Of a stretch of DNA of 64,000 nt, positions 9,953 through 21,972 are shown piece after piece. The DNA is taken from the NCBI RefSeq assembly GCF_000143415.4, contig NW_003314319.1, forward strand, positions 134,115 through 198,114, written 5' to 3'. The notes below the pieces were generated by a model, which was given only the letters and a program-made list of their open reading frames with translations, made no database searches and had not been told where the DNA came from. Origin of the DNA: Selaginella moellendorffii (lineage: Eukaryota; Plantae; Lycopodiophyta). The number at the start of each line of letters is the position of its first letter. The stretch's first letter is position 1. A program made the translations under genes and the position numbers.

Positions 9953-12900
9953 CTAGAAGCCATCGGTCTCCAGTAGCCTTAGAAGAGCCGCCACAACCGC
10001 GCTGCTGGAGATGTCTAGGCCAGGATTTCCAGTCTTTGCAAGCAGCAGCGCGTCCACTCTCTTCCGGAGCTCCTTGATGAGCACGGCGATCCGAGCCGGG
10101 GCCTCAAACTCCAGCCAGCCATCCACCACGATCATCTGCCTCTCGTGACGAACGCTGATGCTCCCTCCGAAGATGAGAAGGCTGTAAGCCGGAACCATGG
10201 ACGTCTCCCTCGCATACACCTTGGACGTCTTCACCATGTCCGTCACTACCAGCCAGGGGCTCTCGAAGTGCCCCGCCGAGAAGTTAACGCTGGCCGGATG
10301 GAGAAACACCCTGCCGTCGAGCCTTGTGAAGTACTGGACCTCGTGAGCTGCCGCTAGCTTTGGCACGGTTCCACCCTCGGTCTGAACGTAAGTCTTCTCG
10401 GGGTGGCGAACTCTCGCGATTTTTGGATAGAAGCCGGCACAGACGACTGCCTTGATAACTCTGACGCTGTTGGAGCTTCCCTCGAGGCTGGATATATCAC
10501 CGGGTACGAATCCAAGCTCTCTGAGTACGTTGAGGTAGTCTTCGCGGCTGGCTTCTATGCTGGCTAGAGCTTCCCGTGACAAGAAGTTGGAGGCGCAGTA
10601 GTCCTTTTCGGCTTCCCATCCGTCTCGTCTCGCGGTGATCCATCCGTTGTAAGCAGCAACGAGAGCTATGTGGTCGCTCTTGCTGGTCCCGGACAATCTC
10701 AGCTTTGCTAGTCTCGCCTCCTCCCTGTTGTCCTGCGGGGAGAAGAAGACCGGGCGTCCGCTCATGCTGGCAGCTATGGTGAGGACCGGATCGAGGCACT
10801 TGAGCATGCAGCCGAAGACGAGCATTTTCCCGACGCGAGCATCCACGGGCATCTGTGTAAGATGTCTGCCGAGGGGTGTCAAAGTCTCGTTCTCCGCATC
10901 AAACGCGTTGATGTCCTTTAGTGACTGAACTGCTGCAATAACAGCGTCCGGGTCGGGAGGCGTGGGCATTTTAGATAGAGTTGATTGTACTTTTGATTGA
11001 AGAAGAGACTTGACCTGCAAAGAGCTCCATGAAACCAGCTATTGAAAGATTCTTTCTTACCTTAAGACATAGTCCTTCAAGGGAGACTCTTTGTATCTCT
11101 GGAAGCTGGTGATCATCGAAAGCTTTGAACTGCTTCTTGCTGTAGAGCCTAAGACAGCAGCCAGGCTGAACACGGCCAGCTCGACCAGCCCGCTGCTTGC
11201 AACTTGCTTTTGAGACCCAGGTCTCCTGCAAGCACGACAAGCCTTTCGAATGATCATAGCTCATTTCCTTGTGACGTCCTGTATCGATCACATACCTGCG
11301 AGGAGGACATCAAAACCATGTCGGAGGAAAAACAAGAAAATACTTACAATATGTCGTCAATGGTGATGCTAGTTTCAGCAACATTCGTTGCCAGGACTAC
11401 TTTTCTCACACCCCGCGGAGGCCTCACAAAAACTCGCTTCTGTTGTTCACTCGAGAGCGAGCCATGCAATGCCAGGACCCACTTTCTTTCAACACCATAT
11501 GCTGATAGTTGCTTGGAATTTTGAAGCCTGGCCTGAAGTTTGCTGATTTCCATCATTCCAGGAAGGAAAACCAGCACGGATCCAGCTTCTGCTTTCCAGT
11601 TGCTAGTATCATCCACCGCTATCAGAGGTCCATAAATATCTGAAACTTCACGTTCAAGTGAAAAGACGGTGGACAGCAATAGCTCGATAAGTTCGTAATT
11701 GATTACGCTCTCATCAACCGTGTCCAGGCTCCGCATAGTAGCTTCACTGTATTCCATATTTGTTTCAGAGTTTTCGACTACCCTGGATTCCCAACTGTCA
11801 AAACTGTTCGAGGCAGATGTTGTCATGACTTCGCTCTTGGCCTTTTTATTCGTCGCAAATCGAGAGTTTTTTGTTACTTTATATCCTGTCAGCTCTAGGA
11901 CGTCGTCCAGATGTAATTCTCGAACTGGGAATGTAAAGCCTTGTACTCGAAGAAGTTCGGGGCGAAGACCCAAGCCTTGTTGGAAATAATCAGCAAATAA
12001 GCTTGTTTCTGCTGTTGCCGACATCAAGATAACACGGATTTTGCCTCTTGTCCTGTCACAACAAAGCGAAAATATCAGAAAAAAAAGATAAGATACTAGC
12101 AAATTACCAGCCAACCTCTGTATATGCTCTCTGAGAAGTAATAAAAGAAGATCACTTTCAAGAGTCCTCTCGTGCACTTCATCTACAATAACATGGGTAA
12201 CGCCTTCTAGCTCTGGATCAGACAGCATCCTCCTCAACAGAATTCCCGTTGTGCAAAACAGCAGTCTCGTGAATTTAGAGCAGCAGCTATCCAGACGCAC
12301 GGAGTAGCCAACCTGAATAATCACACCAGATTTTTATAGAGTCAATAATAAACTGCTATACTTACCACTCTTCCAACGACTTCATTGCGTTCCATGGCAA
12401 CACGAGCAGCCAGACCAAGAGCAGAAATTCTTCGGGGTTGGGTGCACATAATGTTACAGCTTCCTCCATTCCCCATTTCAATCTCTTTTTCGAGAACGTA
12501 TTGAGGAATCTGAAAGAGAAACACACTTAAGAAAATGGCAAATAGCTTATCACATACCTGTGTACTTTTTCCACAGCCGGTTTCTCCACAGATAATAGTC
12601 ACTGGGTTGCAGCTTATCCCTGCAAGTATTTCAGATTTTCGCTTGAAAACCGGTAAACTTCTTCTTGATGTCATGATGTCTGCGTATTGTCGTGACGTCT
12701 GGAGTCTTTCCCAGTCATCCTTGAGCCTTGTGCTTTCAGCGGCACAATCTATTTCATCCCACTGCCGGCTGCTTCTTTGCTTCCCAGCGACCACATGAGC
12801 TTTACTGTCTGCAGAGGTATGACGTTTTACATCTCCTCCTCGATCATCAACCTTTACTGGCTCTGAAAGAAGTTGCAAAGATACCTCGGCTGCATAACAA

Positions 12901-14528
12901 ACCAGATCGTAGATCATCGGTATGCCAAGTAATTCCAAAGCACGGTTAGCCACCTTCTTCGTCACGGCTTGTAAGTACGAGGCATCCAAATCCTTGCATC
13001 GGAATCCTAGAACTGGAATTTCAAAAGGATAGGAGCTATCAGTTGAGATTCTAACCTGCAGCGTACCAGTATACTTAAGTATTAAGCGAAGAAGAGTGTA
13101 AGCAGTATTACCTCCATCTCCAATCTTTTCCCGGACTGTGGTGGAAGCTCCACGTCGAACTTTAAGAGCTCGTTCGAAAGAACAGCCGTGGGATATATGG
13201 CGCCGATTGCTACCAGTTCTTCCTCCCTCATAGCTGAAAGGTCCGACCAGGAAACCGTAGCTTGAAGTGTCTTCGTCCCTTGTACCGCAATATGGAAAAG
13301 CTTGGAGATGGCTAGATCGAAACTTCCGGTCTCCTGGAATGCTGCTACACACTGCTCATAGGAGTACCCGTACTGAGCAAGTTCTAAAGCGATAGCGTTC
13401 TGAGTTGGATCAAACTCGACTGCTCGTTGTACTACACGAACGGCGGCCTTGGACGCTTGAGGAGCAAACCGAGCCGGGAGATCACCTTCATCGACGTTTA
13501 GCATGAGCCAGTCGAGTGCAGAAGAAATGTTGTTCGCCTGTTCTAGAGCCGACTCGATGTGTTCTTCCTTGAAACCCATCTCTACTAATGAGGACAGCGC
13601 TTGAGCTTGATCCTCAAAGTCGGGAGCTTCCTCTACACTGCCAGTGCTGTCTGTTATCACCTCTTCCACCAGTTTTCTGTTCCCCTCGCTCATAAAAACC
13701 GACTGAAGCTCTCTGGGAGGATAGGCAACCCTTTTCGGCTTCTCCAGCTTCATTTTGAGCTTTGCTTCACGCTCTGCGGCAGCAGCGTCGAGATTATGCC
13801 ACTGCTGTCGATACTCCTCGGGAAGTATTCGATCCAATCTACGTCAATAAGCGCATTGATCTATAAAAACTATAGCCTTGAAACCATACCTGCGGTTTCC
13901 CATTACGTGATGCAAAGCCATTACCGCTGCTCGGTGGTGTGATTCCTGTGAGCTTGGACTATCAGCTCGGCACCAAAGAATAACATCCAGTTCACTCTTC
14001 TTAGCATCTGGTAAGATCACTCGGCAGTGAAAGCTCCCTTCATTTTGAACCTATAACCAAAGAGAAAAAGCTCGAGCATGACAAAGAAGAGGTAAATACC
14101 GACATGCATGAACTTTGGAGCTGGTCTCTTGTTCTTCTGGCACCACTCGTGCAAGAGAGTTTTCGGCGTCTTCACTGGATACGAGGAAGAAGAAGAAGAA
14201 GAAGAAGAAGAAGACTGCTGCTGCGGAGCATCGGAGGAAGAAGAGGAGGAAGCTAAATTCTCCGTCGACGCCGGCGGAAGCTCCTCATCCGCGTGCTTGT
14301 TCTTGAGATGCTCCTTGAGGCGTCCATCCTGCTTGAAAATCCTGTCGCACAGGGGGCAGGGCAGGGGCTGCAAGGCAATCGATCCATTCAGAAAATGCCG
14401 CACTGTCGGATCGAAATCTCACAGACCTGGCCAGTGTTCTTGGCATTGACAGGCGCCGGCTTTCCGCCGCATCCAGCAGATCCAGATCGATAGACGTGCC
14501 GCGACCGCGCCTTCGCAGCGCTGTTCAT
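9953..14528 (-). CDS. DExH-box RNA helicase, DHX57/DHX29-like (C2H2 finger, dsRBD-like, UBA, RWD, helicase core, HA2, OB-fold), multi-exon
   Basis: GETGCGKSTQ, TQPRRISA, DEVHER, MSAT, FLPG, ATNVAETSITIDD, QRAGRAGR, LTPLG.HL..MPVD, FLHPASVN; N-terminal CPLCDRIFKQDGRLKEHLKNKH; LVEMGF..EHIESAL..ALDWL (UBA); YPFEIP (RWD). ATG 14528 inferred with an intron after ..NTGQ. Confidence 0.93.
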
Positions 14529-14691
14529 CCGCTAGAACCCTAGCAACACCCTAGAATCCAATCCATTGGAAGATTTTAAAACGATTCCCCCCAAAACGAA
14601 TATTTTCCCATTAAATCAACTGTTCTGTGGGCGTGTTTGGCTCAACAGTTTCTTCTAAACTTTGTACCTCCCGGGAATTTTTCTCTTCCAA

Positions 14692-16348
14692 ATGGAATAC
14701 TTTAGCGCCCACAAGAAACTCTTGAGCAATGTGATCTTTGTTCTTGCAAGCGTGATGATCCTGGGACTTTACTTTGTCAAGCCAGGAGCCTTTTATAAGC
14801 TCGATTTTTTGCCGGATCACACCACCACTTCTTCCATTCCAACGAGCTCTTCTTCTTCTTCTTCTTCTTCTTCTTCTTTCCCGTCCAAAGTTTTGCTCCA
14901 GCGCTTATCTGAGAACGGCACACGGGAATGCCACAACGTGAGTACCGCAGCCGCGATCCTGTTTGGGCTTCCCAGAGCAGAGAATGAAGGCGAGGTTACC
15001 TTGTCCACCGGTGTTCTTCACAAGCTCTGGATCGTCTCGTATGCTGGCGATGGAAGCAGGCGGTGCTTTGGAGGAGATTTCTTCGAGACAGATCTCTCAG
15101 GTACGTTACACTTGAAAGACGCTAAACGCATCCAGAGCTTTGATCCCCTGGAAAACAGGTCCCAACTGGAAGTCACGACCACCAGTAACAGATGTGGGAG
15201 ATGGCTCCTACCTTGTGGAGCTCAAAGTGGACGACGAATTCGCAGGACCTTACACCTTCAAAGCCATCCTCCTGTTTCCAAACTTTCATGGCTTGGATCA
15301 GCAGCCAGACAAATGGGCCCTGAAGAAAGAGATGTTCCTACTGAAAATTCGCTTTGCATCCAGAAGCAGCATCTTCAAGTCCCGACCACTCCCGATCTGC
15401 AGCAGCAGCGATTTTAGATCGAACACAAGATGGTCTGGCAAATGGACGAGAACGAAATTTAACGAGTCATGCAAACTAGACAAGGAAGGACGTTACCGCT
15501 GCTTGGATGGAAACGAGAAGTGCGACGAGAGCCAGTGTAGCGGAGCTATCGCGAGCTTGGAGAGCAACGGTTGGGTGTACTCGGCACACTGTAAGTTCCA
15601 GATATGGAGCTCGAGCGAAGCATGGAAGTGCCTGGACGGGAAGAAGATCTTCTTCTGGGGCGACTCAAACCACCAGGACACCATCCGGAACCTCATGAAC
15701 TTCGTGTTGGGATTCCACCACAACTCCATGCCACGGACCTTCATCGCCAACCTCACCAATCCGTCCCACCCCTCGCAAAACTTCACCGTGGTGGAGATTT
15801 TCAACGGCCACACCAATCCAAACCTCAACTTCCTGGGCCTCGCAACACTCGACGAGCCTCTCTACCGCGCATACGTGACGCAAGAATTCCTCCGCGGCTC
15901 CCCACCCGACGCGCTGATCCTCAACTCCGGGATGCACGACGGCGTCCGATGCAGCAACGCCAGCCAGTTCCTGGAATCCGCCACGGCCGCAGCGCAGTTC
16001 TGGAAAACCCTAGCCACGGGGGATAAGATCAAATCGAGGACCCCGCGCGTGATATTTCGCTCGACGATCACTCCGGCGGGCGAGTCGCGCTCCATGCCCT
16101 CGAATCCACAGAAGATGGAAGCATTCAACCAGGTCCTCGGGGACGAGATCCGAAGAGTGCTTGGCAAGGAGGTGCTGCTCGTCGATGCCTACGACATGAC
16201 CTTCCCCTGGCACTACGATCACAGATACAGTGATGGTGGCCACTATGGGAGGCCGCCTTCCTTGACGCCCTGGTATGGCGGCATCGGCCACTACTACTTC
16301 GCTGACCTAATGCTCGTCCACGCCCTCCTCACGGCCATTTGCTCGTAG
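14692..16348 (+). CDS. type II membrane protein with Ig/filamin-like fold and SGNH/PC-esterase domain (NXPE-like putative acyltransferase/esterase), 2 exons
   Basis: N-terminal TM helix, poly-Ser stem, GGDFFE..D.GDGSY, FWGDSNH (GDS), LNSGMHD, DGGHYG (DxxH); intron ~15101-15158. Confidence 0.8.
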
Positions 16349-16644
16349 CAAGAAAAAGCTTTCCCGCCAAAATAATATGCGAATCTTGTCGTGCTTGAAA
16401 TTTTAACGCGGGAGGATATTCGGCATCTTGCGCTTTGAATATACCAGATCTAGGGTTGTGATTTAGGTGGGTGTGGGCCGTCAGATGCGCACGAAATTTT
16501 GTTTGGAGAACACATTCTCGTCAAAAACAGGGCTGTGGGATTCCAGGGCCCGGCGACGCTCTTTAGGAGGGGCGGGGATGGATCGCGGCCTCTTGGATTA
16601 GGTCTTGGCGGGATCGATCGATTCAATCGCGGCGGCGGCTCGAG

Positions 16645-19600
16645 ATGTGGGTCTTCTACACCTTCGCCTTGCCGACGACTCTTGCCCTGGTAGGGGGGAC
16701 GCTGCGCTACTTCTCGGCGCCCAGCGTACCCACCTATGTGCTAATCACCGTCGGGTACGCGTGGTTTTGCTCCCTGTCGATCATAATCCTGGTGCCGGCG
16801 GACATCTGGACGGTGAGTGCGCGGAATTTCTCTTCCGATCCCTAGGGTTCTTGGCAATTCATAAACCCTGGAAGCTCAAATCTCTCTTGTTTCTTCCACA
16901 GACGCTCTCGGATGGAGATCCAACGCAGGTTAGTATGTTTTGGGGCTGGTCTTACTGGAGTACGTTCATTCTTACATGGTGAGTGAGCTCTTCCAAGCTT
17001 CGCGTGGAAGTTCCGTTTTTTTTCTTACCATTTCTTCCTCCAGGATTATAGTTCCTCTCATGCAAAGTTACGAAGATGCCGGGGACTTTACTGTAAAAGA
17101 GAGGCTGAAAACCAGCGTCAAGGCAAACGTTGTCTACTACGTCAGTGTTGGTGTGATCGGCATAATTTGCATCGTCATTCTCATCTCGCTCGACAAGCTG
17201 AAATGGTATGAAGCTCATTAATAGTTTTTGCGTTGAAGGGAACTCAGTGTTCTATTCTATCTTCCAGGAGTGGTGTTTTTGGCTTTGCCATGACGTGCTC
17301 GACACTTTTTGGGTTGATAACTGGAGCCTTTCTTCTTGGTTTTGGTTTGATAGAAATTCCTCGGAGCATGTGGCGGAAGGCAAACTGGCAGTACCGCTTC
17401 AAGTTCCTTACTCATCGTGTTGCCAAAGTCGCCGTGAATTTGGATGATGCCCATCAGGAGCTGTCGACTGTTGTTGTGGTGAGCATAGTCAGCTACTTAG
17501 GCTACGTTTGCTTCTTTTGACACCTGATCTTTGCTATAGATTTTTCGTCTCTACAGATTTGCCAAGCCATTTCTAACCAGATGTCGAGAAGAGACGTCCT
17601 ACGACCGTGTATGGACTTCATTGAGCAAATGTTGGTTGAGATGGTACATGTTCTTTACCTTTTCATAGCCTTATGGATGATAACATTATTTTCTTCTCAG
17701 ATGCAAGAAAATCCATCCTTCAAACCATCTGCGGGGCGTATGAGTGATAACGACATGGAATATGACCAAGACATAAGCGGGATGGCGGAACTAAGGCGTC
17801 GTCTTAGACAGGCGCACTTCACTTTTGCAAGATATAAAAGGTGTGTTCTATCAACGGTTTTTTCTTCATTGTTTACTACAAGTTGTTCCAGTGAATACGG
17901 GGCTCTTGTGTTGGAGGCTTTAGAGTTGGAAGATACGATGAAAAATTATGAGAGGGGTGCGGCTGAACAATGGTGAGATTTTCTTACGGGGTTTCGAAAT
18001 TTACACTGATTAATTTTTTTTCAGGCTTTACACATCAGGGATTCGACCCCCAAGAACTGGCACCATGGCTCGTCGTCTGGACCATCTAGGTAATTCCTCC
18101 TCTGATATGCTATTGGCATAAACGTGGTTTTGCTGATTGTAGAATGGATTTGGCGATGTAGCTTGAGACCAAAAATCCTGCGGTTATTTGCTCTTATTTT
18201 TGGTGGTATGACAGCTGCATTATTGATCGCTGAGGCCACCTTGTTACCGGCTAAAGTCGACCTTTCATTCTTTTCATTCTTGATAAACGTTACCTCCGAC
18301 AGCGAGATACTAGTGCAGGTTTGATTTTTGCTGCTACTCCTCATCATACCGAACTTCTATTTCCGCAGGTTCTTGCGTTCGTACCTGTGATGTATATGTG
18401 CGCATGCACGTATTTCTCTCTCTTTAAGCTTGGAATGTTCACATACTATTACTTTGCACCCAAGTATACAAATGCCGTGAGCCTTTTGATGATTTGCTCG
18501 TAAGAAACTCCTGCTAAATTTTCTGTCATTTGTGAGTAATCAAATTGTCATGCTTGTTGTGGCAGAATGGTCTCGCGCTACGCACCGCCAGTGTGCTACA
18601 ACTATCTCGGATTGATCAGACTGGAGGACGAGCGTCACAAAAACACCGTCTTTGAAAAGGTATGGTCATGAATTTGCTAACTTTCTACGTGAACAGTGAT
18701 CCCATTGCCTTTGCAGCGAATGGGAGTTTCTTCGTCAGGGAATTTTCTTTACACTTTCAATAGAGTGTATCCGATTTTTATGGTGATATACACGGCTGTG
18801 ATCGCCACCAACGCTCTCAATCGTCTCATTGACTTTTTCGGGAGCTGGCGGAGATTTCGCTTTGACGAGGAGGCCGAAGAAACAGATGGATGCAATCCAT
18901 CTGGTGTGATTATCATACGCAAAGGTACGTACTGAAGCTCTATTTTTTCTTTTCTTATTTGGTGCCGTTTACAGAACGGGCATGGTTGGAGCGAGGATCG
19001 GCTATTGGAGAGCACCTTGTGCCGCTAGCACGAAACTTTGGCAGCGAGGCGGATCATCAGGAGACAGAAGCAATGCTGCAGCAAGTAAGAAAGTTTACTT
19101 CGCAGTTTTCTCTAGTGCTGATAGAAGAAGCTTTGTTCCAGGGACCGCAAGAGCCGTTTAAGATCCACGCAAATGGCCATCAGCAGCACGCTGGTCCCCT
19201 TCCAAAGAAGGACGCCAACCAAGGATTCTCAGCTCCACCGCCAGCTCCAGCCCCGCCGCGAGTTCCTCGCGGCCCCCACGCGGACATCGCCGCAAAGTAC
19301 ATGGCGATGCGCGAGCAAAGAAAGGAAGGCCGGGGGCAGCCACAAGTCGGGATGACGAACTTCTCCAGAGCTCCCCCTCCGGTGATGCCGTTTATACCCG
19401 AGTCCATGCCGGTGGCGGTCCCCGTTGGTGGTGGTGGTGTTGGAGCTCCCGCAACGCGTTTTGAAGAGCAGGCATCGAGATGGAAGTTTGCTCTCCCGGA
19501 GTCTTTCTCGGGGCACAGCCAGAATTTGGCGGCGTCGAGAGAGCCCCCACGCCCGGTGGCGCCGTCGTCCGCCGATACTCTAGATAGCATCTTCGACAGC

Positions 19601-19669
19601 TTGAGGACGAGACGGGAGTTCGACGAAGAGGGTGACGACGTTGGTCTCACGCTATTGCCGAGGCAGTGA
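16645..19669 (+). CDS. LMBR1 domain-containing protein 2 homolog, multi-exon membrane protein
   Basis: TVGYAWFCSLSIIILVPADI, WGWSYWSTFILTW, PLMQSYEDAGDFTV, FLLGFGLIEIPR, SLLMICS|MVSRYAPP..YNYL, FN.VYP. Confidence 0.9.
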
Positions 19670-19729
19670 GACCGATGGTGTTGATACGTTTTTTCTTACA
19701 TCCAAGGCTTCGTTCGCTGCTCGTCTCAC

Positions 19730-20497
19730 TCAGCATTGTAGGTGCACGTAGCTCTGTCGCAGCTGCTCGGCGTGGATCTCCATTTCTCTGATGGTGGCCT
19801 CGGCCCTCTCGTGTAAGATGGTTGGAACGCGCACCATTTCTTGCCGGAACCAGTCCCTGAGCGTCATCTCTGTGCTTTGGCTCACGGGCTTGGCTTTCTT
19901 GCTCGTCGTGGGCCGCCTCCGCGCTGCTCGAGAGGTGCTCTTGATCGATGCTGGTATCAATGCTGCTGCTGGAAAGCTCGGTAGTGCTGCTATCTCGAGT
20001 ACTTTCTCTTTTGCTCCTTCACTTTGTTGTGGTCGAGGAGCCACCACCACCACTTCCTGTTCTATGCGTTCTTCCATGGCGTCGTTCTTCACGTTTTCTC
20101 CCTGGCCCGCTAGATCTTCTTCTTCTTCTTGGGCATTTTGATCGCCCTCTTCTTTCACGGATTCCAGCTTCCTGGAGCCCGATCCATCGTGAAAAATGAC
20201 CCTGATCCGGGTGTCCACCCCAATTCGCAGGAGGTCGTCGTTGTAGAGCCTATAGGGCGTCTTGACCCCGATCGAGACGCCGTTCACGGTGGTGCCATTG
20301 GAGCTCCCCAGATCCTGGGCCGCCCACGCATCGTCCACCCAGTCCACAGACATATGCTTCTGCGAGATGGTCTCATCCTTGATCTGGAACCTGTTTGTTC
20401 TTGTGCGCCCGATGGTGATGTGCTTGAGCCTCCCGGAATCAAACGTCGTACCTTGGACGATCCCCTCCTCCACACGCAGTGTGAGAGGCGTCGGCAT
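19730..20497 (-). CDS. FHA domain protein (intronless)
   Basis: ITIGR..N..IKDETISQKH...DLGSSNGT.VNG..L...D.LRIG; C-terminal MTL.DWF helix. Start set at MPTPL. Confidence 0.88.
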   Translation of the reverse strand: MPTPLTLRVEEGIVQGTTFDSGRLKHITIGRTRTNRFQIKDETISQKHMSVDWVDDAWAAQDLGSSNGTTVNGVSIGVKTPYRLYNDDLLRIGVDTRIRVIFHDGSGSRKLESVKEEGDQNAQEEEEDLAGQGENVKNDAMEERIEQEVVVVAPRPQQSEGAKEKVLEIAALPSFPAAALIPASIKSTSRAARRRPTTSKKAKPVSQSTEMTLRDWFRQEMVRVPTILHERAEATIREMEIHAEQLRQSYVHLQC

Positions 20498-20656
20498 CTT
20501 CTTGGCGCTGCCAATGTCGCTGCTGAGCGCCCGGATCGATCGCCTCTCATCCAAGAACCCTAACCCTCGCAAGAGGAAAAGTAGCCGTTCGTGCATTTCA
20601 AATTTTGGCGCGGCTTTATTACAGGGCAAATTTTTGTTTTTCTAGGGTTCTTGGCC

Positions 20657-21704
20657 ATGGCGACGCCGCTCCAGCGGATTGTGAATGGCGCTCCACCCGG
20701 TGAGTGAGAATTTGCTTGCTTCTATATGAATCTCTGCTTCCTCGCAGCTGCTTGGGAGAAATGCTGGGCGGAGAGGTTGACGCCGTGGGATTTGGGAGGA
20801 GTTACACCATTAATCCAGCATCTTGTCTCGCAGGACCAATTGCCCCAAGGAAGATGCTTGGTTCCAGGCTGTGGATCGGTAAGCTACGCTAGAATTTGTG
20901 CAATTACCTCATCCTCAAGCGTGCTTTCTTTGATCTCTTATCTTTCATTTTCTTCTTCCAGGGATATGATGTTCTTGCATTAGCAAGCCCTTCTCGGCAT
21001 GTTGTAGGCCTTGATATTTCCGAGACTGCTCTTGAACGAGCCAAAGAGGTAAACGATTATTTCAAGGGATTTTTTTTCTTCACTTCATTTTTACAAATGC
21101 CTCTTTTTTGCACTAGTTGGCATCAAAAAATACGACCACCCAGAAGTACGTGGAATTTAAAGCGGTCGATTTCTTTAGCTACAGTGAGCCGAAACCATTC
21201 GACCTCATCTTCGACTACACGTAAGTTGTTTCCTTGTGTACTTGTTTTTCAGTTTTTTCCAGATTTTTTTGTGCGCTGGAGCCATCTTTGAGACCAGCTT
21301 GGGCGAAGAAGATGGCTGAGCTCTTAGCGCGGGACGGCGAGCTTTTAACTCTCATGTATCCGGTGAGTGGAAGCTATCGTTCTTTAAAAGCTTTAAATAC
21401 CATCGCAGGTTGGAGATCACGAAGGCGGTCCGCCTTATGCAGCGTCGCCCAAAGCGTGAGAACGTTTTTCTTCATCTTAGTGTTTATCATTCGCATTTTT
21501 ATTACAGCTACGAAGCTGTTCTTCATCCATGCGGTTTGCATGCTTTATACTTAGAGGACAACAAGTTTAGCATTGGTGCACGAAAGGTATATAAAATCTT
21601 TTCGGTACAAACCTCTTGTGCAAGCCGTTCCTGTTCTTTTTTTCACACAAAATCAGGGACGAGAGATTCTTGGCAGATGGAAGAAAACAACACCAAGGAT
21701 TTGA
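20657..21704 (+). CDS. SAM-dependent thiol/halide methyltransferase (HOL/TPMT family), multi-exon
   Basis: WEKCW...[35 protein letters not shown]|FFCALEP..RPAWA, GEL.TLM.P, GGPPY. Confidence 0.92.
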
Positions 21705-21972
21705 CTTGTGCATCAACACCAAGGTACCTCTTTTGTTAGCTTTGATTTTGTTTAAAGCTGTGTGTATTGACACCGAAAGTTTCCAGGTTTGACACCGAAG
21801 TTTTCCTGGAGCATAAAACAAGCCCGTGTTACTGGACTGGACTGGACCGGACAGTCCCAGCAACAAAATATTATACTATACAGGCAGAGAGGTTTTCCAG
21901 CGTCGAGATCTTTGACAGTGTCTGCCGCAGCCGAGATTCGAGACAACACGTGAAACGCATGCCACCGCTCGC

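Noticed and set aside
14185-14877. (GAA)n and (TCT)n tracts forming an apparent inverted repeat
   Set aside because: Independent poly-Ser microsatellites in two divergent genes.
21832-21853. (CTGGA)n short tandem repeat
   Set aside because: Ordinary microsatellite in a 3' intergenic region.
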